From Chrysomallon squamiferum (Eukaryota; Animalia; Mollusca), in assembly GCA_012295275.1 (NCBI GenBank), contig CM022665.1, positions 13,764,001 to 13,828,000 of the forward strand: 64,000 nucleotides of DNA, written 5' to 3'. The translations under genes were made by a program, and so were the position numbers. Position 1 is the first letter of the stretch. The number at the start of each line of letters is the position of its first letter. Below, piece by piece: positions 1 to 13,900 of this stretch. Under the pieces are notes generated by a model. That model saw nothing but the letters and a program-made list of their open reading frames with translations, did not search any database and had not been told where the DNA came from.

Positions 1-218
1 TGTATACGTGATGATTTTGGTTTATTAAATAGTTTCATTCAGTTCCTATTATAATTATTGTCGATTATTATTTGACTTTTTTTCCCCTCAAAAATTATAT
101 ATGTGCCGTCGAAACCTATATAATATTCAATTCAAATGCAGTTACGGCGAAGGAAGACTGAGTACTGATGTTTAGTCTTGGTATCAGTAGTCTTATCTGC
201 GATACAACTCCATTTTTG

Positions 219-258
219 ACTTCCGGTATTTACTTCCTGTTTTCTTTTTTTTTTTTTT
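219..258 (+). promoter_or_regulatory. CDC37 proximal promoter: tandem ETS-type sites followed by a pyrimidine tract
   Basis: ACTTCCGG (219-226) and ACTTCCTG (232-239) match the ETS/GABP core CCGGAAGT / CAGGAAGT, 50-70 bp upstream of the ATG in a locally CpG-containing stretch. Function is inferred. Confidence 0.45.
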
Positions 259-286
259 GGACTGTGCAGTTAGCCTTTCGCGAAGA

Positions 287-3200
287 ATGTCAATAAATTA
301 CAGCAAGTGGGACCACATTGAGGTAGGTTAATAACAGACATAATTACTGACATAAACATGGAAATATATACGTATTAGAAATGTAAGTATATCAATGTTA
401 TACTTGATTGATTTTGTTTTGAATTTTTCTTTATTTTGGGGAACCTTCTGGAACTTTCCTTAGGAAATTCCTATGGACCGTGGAAGTTGGATTTCAAAAT
501 TGACAGTATAATAAATAAATAAATTAATTAATTAAAATAAGTAAGAAACAAAATTGATTCATTTTGTTTTTGATAGTTGACAATATACTTTACATAAATG
601 TATTTCAACTATTTGTTAAACATTCAAATGTAAATAAAACGATCTTCATTTGACGATTTGTCATATGTTTACACATTTAAAATTTTTATTATAGTTAAAA
701 ACATTGATCCTGGTTTAATACATTACCAACTGCTGGATGGGCAGTTAATACAAGTTCGTCTGTTGACTCCAGTTGGCACTGACACAATATATTATTATTA
801 TTATTATCGTTTTGTTTTTAAATGAATATGAAATCAAAAGAAGCTTTTATGGAAAAAAGTCTAAATCAGTACTGTTTTAGATGTAATTTAATATTGCAGG
901 TCTCTGATGATGAAGATGACACACACCCTAACATTGACACGGGTAGTTTGTTCAGATGGCGACATCAAGCTCGCATTGAACGAATGGAACAACAGAAAAA
1001 GAAAAAAGAAGAAATACTGCAGCAGAAACAAAGGTATTTATATGTTAGTGTTAATGATGCTTTAAAAATAATAAATTATCCACATTATACTTAAAAAAAA
1101 TAAAATAATAATGAATAATAATAATTGAGTCCAGTGATTCAAGGAGAAACTAAATCATTACTGAAAACTTGTTTTTATTCTTGTTCTCATTTTTCTAAAG
1201 TTCACTTGTATACATAGATATATATGTTTTTGGTTTTCACTTTCATGGTACATATTCTGGTAGATTTCGTTTTAATGAATATCATACATATGTTAACTTT
1301 ATTATCAAAAGATAAAAGTAAAGACCTTTTAATGCAAGCATTCAGATTAATTTTTATTAGCACTTCATCAACAGTTTATTGAAAATATAATTATGTTATT
1401 AATGTTTCATACTATTTTGTTAAACAGTTATCAGGCAAGAAAGAATGAAATGAAACAAAAAATAAAGGAGGCTGAGGTAATAACATTTCAGAATTATTTT
1501 GGTTAACTTTTTATTATTAATATCATATTCGAACGAAGTATTACTTAGTTGAAACCAAATAAATACAGAATTTTAAGCATTCATACATTCATTAAGATAA
1601 TATTTTGATTTATTTAAAAAAAAAAAAATTATATAGATATACAGTGGTACCTTGACTTACGAGTGTCCCAATGTATGAGTTTTTCAAGTTACAAGCAGTC
1701 GCCCAGTCAATTTTTTGTTTTGAATTGCTAGCCAAAATTCGAGTTACAAGCGAGCTTCAGATACACCGCTGCTGGTTGGTTAAATGAACAATATAACATG
1801 GAGGGGTTTTGGGGGGCTGGAATGGATTATTGGTATTTCAATTAATTTCAGGTGGGAAAATTGATTTGATATATGAGCAAATTCAAATACGAGCTCAGCC
1901 TCAGAACAAATTAAATTCGGATTTTTTAAAAATCATTACTGATTAATTATTTATGTACTAAAATGACAGATTATTATTGTTTTTTAATTTTTGGATACTT
2001 TTCTCACTTAATAATAAAATAGTTTTTTCATTTGTAGGACAAACCAGCTGATTTGGAAAAATTGAAAATTGAATTGTCTGAGCTTGAACTTCAAGAAAAA
2101 GAGTTTTTGAAAAAGGAAGACGATCTGAAGAAAGAAGAAAAGGTATATTATGTGGTTTGATAATAAGTGTATTTTCTGGTATTTTGACATGTAATTGTAT
2201 GTAGACTTAGCATATATGCAATTTACATGAACTGTTTATTCGTAATTCAAGGAATTAATGGCAGTGTGAAATGTATGTAAGAAAAGTATATTGTTTTCTT
2301 TTGTCACATAAACAAAAAGATTAATAAAATATCATCATAAAATCTATGATAATTATATTTTTCTGTTTCAGCTTACTCCTTGGAATATTGATACAATCTG
2401 CCACGATGGAATGTCTAAAACAGTAAGTGAGCTTCATCTCCTTTATATTTCACTGAAAGTGTTGACAGTTCTTTTAATACAAAGTAACTAATAATTTTTT
2501 ACCAGCTTGTTTTGAATGCAGTTTATGCATTTGGCTAATTTTAGCCTTTATTTCACACAAAGTAAAATACAAAGGAGATTTTTTAAATTTACCATTCTCC
2601 TGAATAATCTCTCATTTTTATACCATGTAATTTAACATCAAACCTAGGTGTTAATACTAATTATTTCTTTAAATATCAAATAGAGTGGTACTTTGACTTA
2701 CAAGTTTTCTGAGTTATGAGCTGTTGCTCGGTCAATTTTTTGCTTTGAGTTGTGAGCCAAAATTCGAGTTACCAGTGAGTTTCGTATATGCTGCCACTAG
2801 TTGGCACAGTGAACAACACAACATTTGCCCAGCATGCTGTGTCTCACTCATTTACTTCACATGGTTACCTTACATCAGAAGCATCTCTGTTGTTGTCAAG
2901 CACGTGTTTTGTGCAGTATTTTGCCAAATTTCTTTTTTCTGACTATGGATCCTAAGAAAGTGAGTGCAAAGGACAGTGGTGAGAAGAAGAAGGGGATGAC
3001 ATCCATTGAATTAAAGCATGAGATCATAGAAAAACATTGAGTTACAGAATGAATTAAACTTGTAAGTCAAGGTACCACTGTATTTAAAACTATAATTTTT
3101 TATTATTATTATTTTTTTAAATAATAAATTTGTATCTTTATGCACTTGATTATTTAATTGTAGATAATTAACAAACCAAAACCACCACCACAAGCAGAGA

Positions 3201-5217
3201 CAGAGGAAGACAAAGCAGAAAAACAGGTATTAAAAGAGGCATTAACTCATTGATGGATCATTTTTTTGAGAAGATCAGTATTGCAGAATCAGTCCTACAT
3301 GTTCTCTCATTGTCTCATTACCTCAGATAACAGGGTACATGCTATCTTTGAGAGATTTGTTATAGATTTTTTTTATATATAATTAGTATAGACCATAGTA
3401 TGACTGATGAAGGTTTCCATTCCTGAAATCAACATCCTTAGACAACCATATAACTCTGAATATTTACTAATGCGTCATTAAGTGAATATTGATTTTATTT
3501 TTGCAGCGAACATTCACAAATAAATACAAAGATCAGATAAAGAAATATGGCATGATGCGACGTTATGAAGACAGCCAGCAATACTTAACAGAAAATCCAC
3601 ATCTCGTCTGTGATGAAACTTGTAATTACCTTGTTCTGTGGTGTGTCGACTTGGTCATTGAGGAGGTAGGCACATTTCTGAAATAATCTTAACAGATTTC
3701 ATAATTCATTAATTGTGTTTAAATGTAATGACAAACAATTTTGTTTCATTATTATTTGAAGAGAGATACAGTAATGTTTTTGCATCAAACGGATTTGCAG
3801 TTATATCAGTAATTTTTGTTTTCCCTTATCTACACAGTATGTAGTGTATATGGTTACTTGTAGTTTTGAATTGTCCATTTGTGAGGAAAAATTAAATTTA
3901 TTATGTTTTCAGAAAGTTGACCTTATGGAACATGTGTCCCACCAAGTGATTGTCATGCAGTTTATTCTCGAATTGGCAAAATCACTGGAAAGAGACCCAA
4001 GGAGTTGCGTTGTTGCCTTTTTCTCAAGGTTTGTCTGTTATTTAAAAATAAGAAGATGTTTTAATAAAATGTATTAAATATGTGCTGACTATTTAAAATT
4101 GAATTTAAAATTATTACTATTATACAGAAGATAATTTCAGGTAAGAGGTGGCACATAGATGAACATGTGCTTAATTTGAATAGAAGATACCACAGTAATT
4201 CATCAACTCCAGCCACAGTTACAGTTTTTGCAACAAAATGTTATTACCCCCCCTTAGTAGTAGGCTAAATGAGTGAGGATTAGTCCACGAGTAAAGCACC
4301 ACCTTGAGCATTACTGTACAACATTAACAGGGGATACTTTTAATTTTGATTCTACAAATATACTGTGGAATGACTTCAAAAAACTATTTTAGAGCTTTAA
4401 AGTCATACATTCTGTATTAATTTTGTAGAATTAAGCTGGGAGAAAAGCAATACATGGATGCTTTCCATGAGGAACTGAATGCATTCCGAGACCGAGTTAA
4501 AGCAAGAGCACAAGCTAGAATTGATGAAGCTATTAAAGAATATGAAGAGGTTTGTATTACTAACAACTTGCATGAAAATTTTAGTTTTCTATCATAATTA
4601 TTAATGCTTTAATTCTAGTTTTGAGGTCTTTATAAGGTTTTGCTAGCATTTTTTTATGCATGATTGATGAAAAGCTTTGTTGTTTTTTTATTGCATTTTT
4701 TCACATATTAATTCAGGAGGAGAAAAAGAAAAGACTTGGTCCAGGTGGTTTGGATCCAGTTGAAGTCATGGAGTCACTTCCTGAGGTATGTATTTCACTT
4801 TTACATTAACACAATGGTTAAAAAAAAGAAAAAAATTATAACAAGAGGACATTCAACTGAATTTGAACAATTTACTTTTCTTAAAAACACTTAATGTGAG
4901 TGTTTTTGTGTGTTTTTTAAAGAGGTATTTAGAATAAATTAGAGATGACATTATCTCAGAAGTATTTTGTTTCTTTGTTTATATTAATTTATACCAATTT
5001 GCAGAGCCTTAAGAAATGTTTTGAAAGCAAAGACATTGAACTATTAAAAAAAACTATTGTGGAATTACCAAAGGAAGATGCAGAATACCACATGAAACGA
5101 TGTATAGATTCTGGACTGTGGGTTCCTAATGCTGCAGATGCAGAAGGAAGTCAGGATAAAAGTTCAGCAAATGGTGTGAAGGAAGATGATCATGAGACAT
5201 ATGAAGATGTTGATTGA
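287..5217 (+). CDS. CDC37: Hsp90 co-chaperone Cdc37 (371 aa, 11 coding exons)
   Basis: Exons 287-322, 900-1033, 1428-1476, 2038-2142, 2372-2422, 3164-3226, 3507-3665, 3913-4028, 4429-4549, 4717-4785, 5005-5217; all GT-AG, phases consistent, 1116 nt. Translation has Cdc37 signatures [37 protein letters not shown] (CK2 site SDDE), [34 protein letters not shown] and [14 protein letters not shown]. Confidence 0.97.
1642..1920 (+). mobile_element. Tigger/pogo-like non-autonomous DNA transposon, right TIR missing (CDC37 intron 3)
   Basis: Begins TA|CAGTGGTACCTTGACTTACGAG, a Tigger-type TIR after a TA target. Positions ~1680-1800 align to the second copy at ~2705-2825, and the end resembles that copy's subterminal region. 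Confidence 0.8.
2683..3080 (+). mobile_element. Tigger/pogo-like internally deleted DNA transposon with transposase N-terminal remnant (CDC37 intron 5)
   Basis: TIRs GAGTGGTACTTTGACTTACAAG ... CTTGTAAGTCAAGGTACCACTG with TA on both sides. 2945-3037 encodes [31 protein letters not shown], resembling the CENP-B-type HTH start of Tigger transposases, then a stop. Confidence 0.88.
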
Positions 5218-6153
5218 AGTTTCTATGTGCTAAGAGGAACTTGTGGTTTTTACATTTCATTATGGTTCTCAATGAAAGCCATGATGATGTATTTGGAAAT
5301 AATGTTTGTCATACAATGATTGAGTGTTTTTTTTCTTTTTAAATTCTACTCAGAGCTTCAGTAAAACATCACTTCAAGAAACTTTGAATAAATAAGTGAT
5401 TCAAAAACAAAATGTGATGATTTTTATATTTAGACTTTTTTTTTTTTTTGTTACTGGTGAATTTAAATGGTTGAAAATGTGCTCTAACCACAACAGGTAA
5501 ATGGCAAAGAAAACCACAATTTTTGAACAGTTTTTATTTTTCTGATATATATTTTTTGTTGTAATGTGAAAAATCATAGATTAATTAACAATACTTGGTG
5601 GTTAGTGTATAGTTAACCTGGAATTGTACTCTTTAAAGCCACATGTTTCCATTGTTGGCATATTGTTTTAAATCAATTAATAGTCCTTGATGCTTCTTGT
5701 ACTTTAAGAATGTATAATCAAATTTGTATAACCCTAGTTAAATCTGAAGCTTTTATTCACTGCAGTTAGTTTTGTATTTTATAATCTCTACAGATAACTT
5801 TTGTAATGTCTTCAGTAATGGTGCAAGTTTCACTGGTAGATCTGTTGACATGTAAACTGTTTTATGATGACTTTTGTAATGTTCTAATTATGTACTGATT
5901 TGTATCCTTTAAAATGTTTATCATAGTCACATAGCTTCCAGTAAAGCAGTTATACATCAATTTTTTAGGCATTTAAATGTCTCTGTTAAAAAGTATTTTC
6001 AAAGCAGTGTATTGCCTAATAGACTTTTTAATAGAGTATTTGTCACTGGCTGGGTGGCTTAACTGAACATTTTTTATAATACAATATCTAGTAGTTTACT
6101 GTAATAAAACTAATTGTGTATTGCTTATGCATCCAACAATTAATATTGCTTAA

Positions 6154-6791
6154 CCCTTCAGGGCAAGCACTATTTTAGTATTTTTTACATACCCATTTTT
6201 TAAATATTTATTATTATTTGAAAATAAAAATGAAAGGTATCATAGGACATTTATTAATCTTCTGAACTACAAAAGTATATCATTAGAATCATATATATAT
6301 ATATCATGTGAGTTTTAATTGAAACATTCACTGCATATTCTAATTATGTACTGATTTGTATCACCATAGAGCAAAAATTTTGGGTCTTTGTCTTTCTCTT
6401 GACAATCATGACGTTTTTTTCTTCTTCTGTCCAAAGAATCATCTATTTCAACTGTAGCTAACAAATGTCTAATCTGTTTAGTGGCTTTTTCATTATATGT
6501 TATAAAATGTACATGAGAATATAATCTGAAAAAAAGTAAAATACTAGTTATGACAAATGCTACATATTAAATATAAGGCCTTAAGAAAATGAAAATATTT
6601 GCATTTACTTTCTGAGACCAAGAGTCCTCTATGCTCATAGTCTACAGGTGCATCCATATGTTCAATACACACATAGCAAAAAGTTCTTTTTGGAAAGGCA
6701 CAGGAAACTGCAACATTGCAACACAATTCTTTAAGAAATTTAAAGAAACAATGTCCCTAGGTCTGTTAGATCCAGCACGAGCCCTGAAGGG
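6154..6791. mobile_element. Non-autonomous piggyBac-like element between CDC37 and PWP1
   Basis: TTAA (6150-6153)|CCCTTCAGGGC ... GCCCTGAAGGG|TTAA (6792-6795): perfect 11-bp TIR, CCC/GGG termini and TTAA duplication, typical of piggyBac. No intact transposase. Confidence 0.85.
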
Positions 6792-7998
6792 TTAATGAAT
6801 CCTTTTGTGTAGTCATTAAAAAAAAAAATGTTTTTATTAAATGTTTTTCATTTAATTATTGTTTGTTCATTAGGCAGTGTATAGGTTTGTTGTGACAATG
6901 TTTTTCCAAAATTTATGTATAACTGTACGTATTTGTAATAAAACCAGTAGTTGAATAGGTGTTGTCTAGTACATTTGTACAGGAGCTGTGAATTGAATAC
7001 AAATATTGGTCACATTAAAGATGACCATTTTAATTATTTTATAACATTACTGTAAAATATTAATTACAGTATGGTGCACAAATTACTGGAAGGATGTTAA
7101 TTTAGTCTGTAATTTTGATTTTAATAATATTGTTAACAAATTATTTTAAGACACATTAGAGTTTACATACATGACTGAATAAGAATGAAAACAAAGTGCA
7201 AAAAATGTTTAGAAAAGCCAAGAATTTGTGTTGTTTAAAAATGTATAATCTGAAATGTTAAGGACTTGCATTTGTTAACATTTTATTAAAATCCTCAAAA
7301 GCTCAGTTAAATGTGTTGCTGGAAAAAAATATTATATGTTTTTAGTACACTTTAAAAAAAACAAAAAAAAAAAACATTCTACTTAATTATTTAATACATA
7401 TTTAACATCTTTTGATCTATGGATTTATTCTCAACATTTAAGATAACCAAAGAATATATTGACAGTTTTATAATTTCTGTTAAGTAATGCTTCTTCAAGT
7501 TTAAAAAAAGATTATGTGTATTGTATCAATATGTATGAAGATCAGCCTTTTTCAATAAACAATTGTGGAACTTGAAACTGACAAATTGGACTTTATTTTA
7601 TTTTTTGGGATGATGGTTTGCAATCAGTTTTGGACGAAAATCTCACTGGTTAGATTTAATTTTCATATACAGCTCAGTTTTAGAATCAAGTTTCTTAAGG
7701 ATAAATGTGTCATGCAATCAGTTCCTCATAGTGAATACTTGGACTACTTTCTGTTACAACCAGTAGATTGAGACTGGTATCAAAGCTAGATGGTGATGAA
7801 GTTAGACTCTCAAACTAACTTTTCTGCTAATAGCCATTAGTTTAGCAGAAGCAGATTACTTTTTCAAAGTATCTTAAATTCACACGTTTTAGTTATTATA
7901 AAAATGTGCTGTGTCATCAATCTACATTCTGAGTGGAATATTAAAATTACTAAAATGAAGAAATCAATACATTCAGCATTATACAACATCTTTATTTT

Positions 7999-10900
7999 TC
8001 AGACTTGATTTTGTTTCTTTTTCTTTCTTTTCTTTTTCTTCTTTTTGTCACTTGATAAACTTGCTGGATTTTCAAATGGTTCATCCATAACCTTTTTAGC
8101 TTTCTTTTGTTTCACATTTTCACCTGAATCATCAGGCTGTATTGAAATCTCTCCATCATTGTCTATAAAAAGTGTTTCCATAGCATCCACTGTCTCTGAA
8201 TCATCAATAACATCCCCATCATCTCCTTCACACTCTGCTGCCAATTTTGCAGGCATACGATTCCGAAAATGATTTCTCACTGTAAACCAAAATTGCAATT
8301 TTTTTGAAACAATGTTAGTAACAAAAACAAATGTATGGTCTACGAAAACCCTTCACATGGTCAAAACAAATTATTTTTGGTATTTTACATTATTGAAAGC
8401 TGCAGGTAATATGTTATTAAAAATCACTTTAAATTATTTAAAAATTCCACTTAGAAAAAAAAAAGAACATTTTTCAGATGAAACACCGCAGAAAACAAAC
8501 TGAGAAAATTGCATTTAATGTTTCATTATGTAAAATAGTAATGATTTATTCATTTAATAAGCATTTTAACCAAAGCAAGAAATGGTTTGTTTATAATAAC
8601 ACGTAAATTAAGGTGACTCCTCCTAAAAATACTGATGTGTTAACAAATTAGAAAAACCATCATAGTTTTATTAACCTATCACTATTTCAATTCTAACTTG
8701 TTCACATTCATTTCTGTTAAGAGTTGATTTTTACTATCACTACTGAGTTCAGCATCATTTATTGGACACAATTTAAAGTAATCATTAACAAAGTCTTCTA
8801 AAATATTTTTAGTTGCTAAATTCTTCATATTTATTGTTGCAAACAGTGAGCAAAGTTCAATTCCCGGTGGCTGGCCATCTTTGTTTTTGCCAGTAATCAC
8901 AAAAAATAGTTTTCAACACCAAAAAAAAGACAACCCCATCTAACATAAAGCAAAACAAATATCTTTTGGGTATTAGGTGTTTCTGCCATATCTAGGAAAT
9001 AGTACTAAGTTGATATATTTTGGTACAGTTACAAATGTTAGCAAAGTTTTTGATAATGTGACATTGAAAACTACTGATAAGCTTGCTTGCTTTGTAAACA
9101 ATATATTTATGTGCAATGGTGAGAGGGTTAAAGGCCGTTTCACAACCATTACAGTGATGTGACCTATATATATATATATATATATATGCAATGAAAAAAA
9201 CTACTTGAAAATCCAGACTTTTTTTCTTATTCTTTTTTTTTTATCTAGGAAATTTATCAAATTAGATTTAATTAACCATAGAAAATTAACCAAAACCACA
9301 TTTTAGATTGCGCAGATTTAATTCATAAGCAAAAAATGTCAGAACGGACTGGTTATGATTTATAATGTATTTTGACTTTTTCCTTTGACTCCTAGCAACT
9401 AGACTAAGGTTTTCCTAGACCACCACATAAATAACAAAAGAATGGTACCATAATACATTTAAACATCTATTTGGTGTCATTCTACCACTGATGCTTTCAA
9501 TAAGCAGAAAGAAATCCTTTATATACACCTTTCCACAAACCACATATATCATATTTGATGAGTCGTTCTGTGATCCTTGCTGGAACAGGAAATATTCCAG
9601 TGGATACACAAAAACTGAGCAATGTAACTCTTCAATGGTAATTCATAAATTAAAAAAAAAAAATTAATATGTAATAAACAAATAAAATAAAAAACTTCTA
9701 AATTCAAGTTACCTGCAGCACTTTCTCTGACATCCCAAACTTTCAAGTCTTTTTTACCTCCAAATGCAAACACAAAAGGAGCCTCAGGACAGCAGCTGAC
9801 ACAAAGCAGATCATCCTGAAACCAAGTTTTTATGAAGATCATTTTAAACAGCACCAGAAATCCCAATTTATATATTCATATCTTGGATTATCTAACATTT
9901 TGAAATCCTCAAAATGCCTTTTCCAATGAAGCAAGGTATAGTTTCCTATTAACAGTAAAGTATCTTTTTTAATATATTCTCTGCAAAGACAGCTGTACGT
10001 ACCAGATGTTTGATGTATTGCTTGTAATAGGAAACAGACCATTAGGCAATTGACAGGAACTATGAATCAGAATTTAACGAAATGCATTTCTGAAATAAAT
10101 TTCTGTATTTAACTATAAAATAAACTCAATTCTTTACCAATCGTAAATTCCTCTCCATAACCAGAGATGGTTTGTTATCTTCAACATCCCAAACTTTCAT
10201 CATTTTGTCTGTTGAGGTTGTAACCAAAAGACCAGGAATTTGTGTGCTTAGAGAAAGACCTGTAAAAATACAATCAGTTCTTGAATTACATTGATAGTAG
10301 TTCTGAACAAGTCAGGTTTGTTACTATATTTCACTTATCTCAATTATATGATAATTCAACAAGTCATAATTCTTGTCTTGAATAGTCAATATCATTAATG
10401 TTGAGAGTCCTCATTGATTGTGATACTTTGTCCAAATTTACATTAAAATGATATTTTTAATAAACAAAACAAACACCAATTTACCTATAACAAGAATTTT
10501 ACTTTCAGAAACTAAGAACATGAACAAGGTTTAATTCTGATTGCTCATGCAGAACTAAATTTAAAATTACCAGTAACAGCCTCGTTGTGAGCTGAGAGTG
10601 TAAACACAGGTTTGCCGTCTTGTCGAATATCCATGTAAAACAGAGCACCTTTGTCATTTGTTGCCTAGAGTGTCAATATAAAATGTTATTTTACATATCA
10701 TTAAAAACCAAACTGACTGGAGAAAGGAAATCTTTACGGTGAATATTTTCCAATTCAAACTGTGTGAAAATAAAAACTATTAAATAATGGTTATAAGCCC
10801 ACAACAATAAAACTCTCCAAGCTCAAAAATAAACAATATGCAAATTAAGCAAATGTCACATGATTATACTGTACTGGTAAGTCATTATTTACCTTACTAT

Positions 10901-13900
10901 TTTTGGGGGTTCACTTGGAATTTTTTTAGTGCAATATATGACTGATTTGATTATCAAATGAATGAAAGAATATATCCATTAAGCCAAATTATTATTTTAT
11001 GCAAAATATGTGTATGTATATATATGAGTCAAAGGCAAGTTACAAGAAAAAATGAATACAGTACTTACATAAAAATAAACAGGTGAAAAATGATCCCACA
11101 ACACACGTTCAACTTCTCCATCTATCTGCCATGTTTTATTGGAATCATTTGGGCTGCGGCAGTCAAATATTTTCACAGTTCTATAATTAAAAAACAACAA
11201 CCATAAAACTGAATATAAAAGAAACACTTTGTACATATTCCTGTCTAAATACATGCTGAAATAGATTAAAGGATCATTTACCATCACAAGAGAATTAACC
11301 AGATTATTTTTATAATCACATATAATATGGATGTTTGTATTAAAATTTACCATTTTATAACTACATCTTACTATCCAAGATTAAAATAAATAAGGTATAT
11401 ATATAAAGCATTGTATCAAACTTATATTTACTTGTCAAATGATCCTGTCAGAAGAGACTGTGCTTCACAAGGATGCCATTTCACACACTGCACCTGTAAC
11501 AAAATAAACAATATAACATTAAAAACTGCTAATGCAAGTTTTAAGCAATTTTGTTATTACCGTGACAATACTTGAATATACTGATTTTACATTTACACAC
11601 ATGTGATCTAGATCTTTGAACAGCTTTTGAAACAAAATTTCATGACAGCTGATTATTTTTTAAATCAGTTAAGTGTAAAATGAATGATAGATTCCTTCCT
11701 GATCATATGTATTTGGTCTATGGAAAAGATGCCATAAAAAAGTTTTATGTACATGTTTCTTCTTTTTTTTTTTTTTTTGGTGGTCTCAGTGGTTATAAAG
11801 ATATTTAAATATAATCTAGAGCTTATATGGTCTTATACCTTTTCAGTATGTTGGTTGATGGAAGTTGCCATTGTTAATGTCAACAAATCCCACAGTCCAA
11901 CAGTGAAATCAGCTGAGGCACTGGCTAAAACATTCCTTAAGTATAAAATTTAAAAAAATAATGTTTGCAAAAGTAATCATTACAACAAATTATCAAGCTT
12001 TATAGTCATAGTAAAATAATTATTAGATCAGTGTTTTGTAACTTTCATTTAAAATATGTGTCTTGTACTGTAATCAATAAATATATTCTGAACACTCATA
12101 ACTGCCAAGTTTATTGCTGATAATAAACCTTTGATAAAAGCAGATTTAACAGAATAATAGGCTGATAAATGATGTATCAAACCTAGTGGTTCTGTAGTTT
12201 TAATGTCTGAGGAAATATAAAGATAGGTTCTAAATGACTGGAGTAGGCAAAAGGGTAGTGTCAGGGAAACTTTCTTTCAAAACATTAATTATAATAATTT
12301 TAAAAATGTATCTAATTAAATATAAATATTAAAAATGTATGTACTGAGATGTAATTAAAAAAATATTAATTCATTTAGACCTTGAAAAATGATTAAAACT
12401 GTTTTCAGTTTTTAAACAGAATAACCACTATACACAAGTTACAGAAAATAAGAATAACAACCTCTGATTAGTATTCCATGATAAATCCAACACAGCATCA
12501 GTGTGAGAGCCTGGCTGAGAAGACTAAATAAATTAACAAACACATTTTGTATTATTTCAGAATATGTAATGTTCAAAAATACTGAAACATTTATAAAAGT
12601 GAAATTAACCAAAAAAAACCCCCAAAAACAATAAAAAAAAACACCTCAGTGTCACTAACATTCTTACCCAAACAGTTACCTCAGTATTATAAGATAATAA
12701 TTAAAGTATTGTTTTCAAATGTTACTAAAATAAAATAGTTAAATCTGTAAATTTATTATTCAGTGTAACATAAACATTTCTTGTCCTCAAGATAATTTAT
12801 TTTCTTTATCTGAAGAATATTACTTAAAGTCATCAGTAAGTTTGTGGAACAATTTTATTGTAATAACATATGTATGTAATTAGGTTGATCAAACATTTAC
12901 ATTTCATTAAGTCATTTGGAGATATCCTAATTAATTAAAAAAATAATAATAATAATAAATAATAATTAATAATTTAAATTTGCTTTCAAAAATAGCTAAT
13001 TTCAAAAGTTTTTTACCTTTTTTCTTTTCTTTTTTTCTTTTTTCTCTCCTAAATATATATCTGGCTCTAAGCTGTCAACCACATCCAAATTCCAGATTTC
13101 TATAACAGGCTCCATAGAACCAACAGCCACAAAATTACCTAAAGCACAACAAAAACAACAATATATTAGTGGATAAAACAGCTTCACATTTATGTACAAC
13201 ACAATAAAACAGCCATAAAAATACTTGTTACTTTATAAAAACTCGAAAACACAGCAAAACTCAATCACACTATCTCAAAAGTTTTATAACAAAGAATATA
13301 TGAAAGCAGTATTAAAAATGATCTAAAGTGTATTTAAAATCAAAAACTTCAATGGCAAATAAATCTCCTTAATACAAACATGAATTTACTTCATAATGAC
13401 TAACCACAAAAGTCATAATTTAATGTATCAGTGTCTTACTGTTGAAGAAAACATTCGCAAAGTTAATAACAAAGAACTCTATAATATCTGAACACATTTT
13501 AATTATTAATATTTATCATCAAAGATGAAATGTTTTGTAATCCACTAAAATGACAATCCTTCATCTGTTAGCCATAAGGGATAGTTTGTATGCATCAGCT
13601 CATAGACAGAAAATTACTTTCTGTGGCTTTTGTTATGAACCATTGTTTGAAAAGAGTTAAAAACCTAACTGTCTAACTGTTACCATCCCAGGTCATAAAA
13701 TATGTAATTAAAATAATTATTGTAAAGTTTAAACCTGTTGAGGTTGAAGAAGGATAGATGTTCATCCACTCCACAGCTAGTGGAAACGTGGGTAGAAAAT
13801 ATTCATGATGCACAAACAACTGACCATGATCCTCATTGTATACTGAAAGAATAAAAAAAAAATGTATTACTGTAAATTGCTGAATTAGTAAGTAGTCTGT

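Noticed and set aside
8045-8272. 75-aa plus-strand ORF
   Set aside because: Antisense shadow of the PWP1 last exon.
8846-8862. GTGAGCAAAGTT resembling the 5' end of miR-87
   Set aside because: The match stops after 12 nt and no precursor hairpin is evident.
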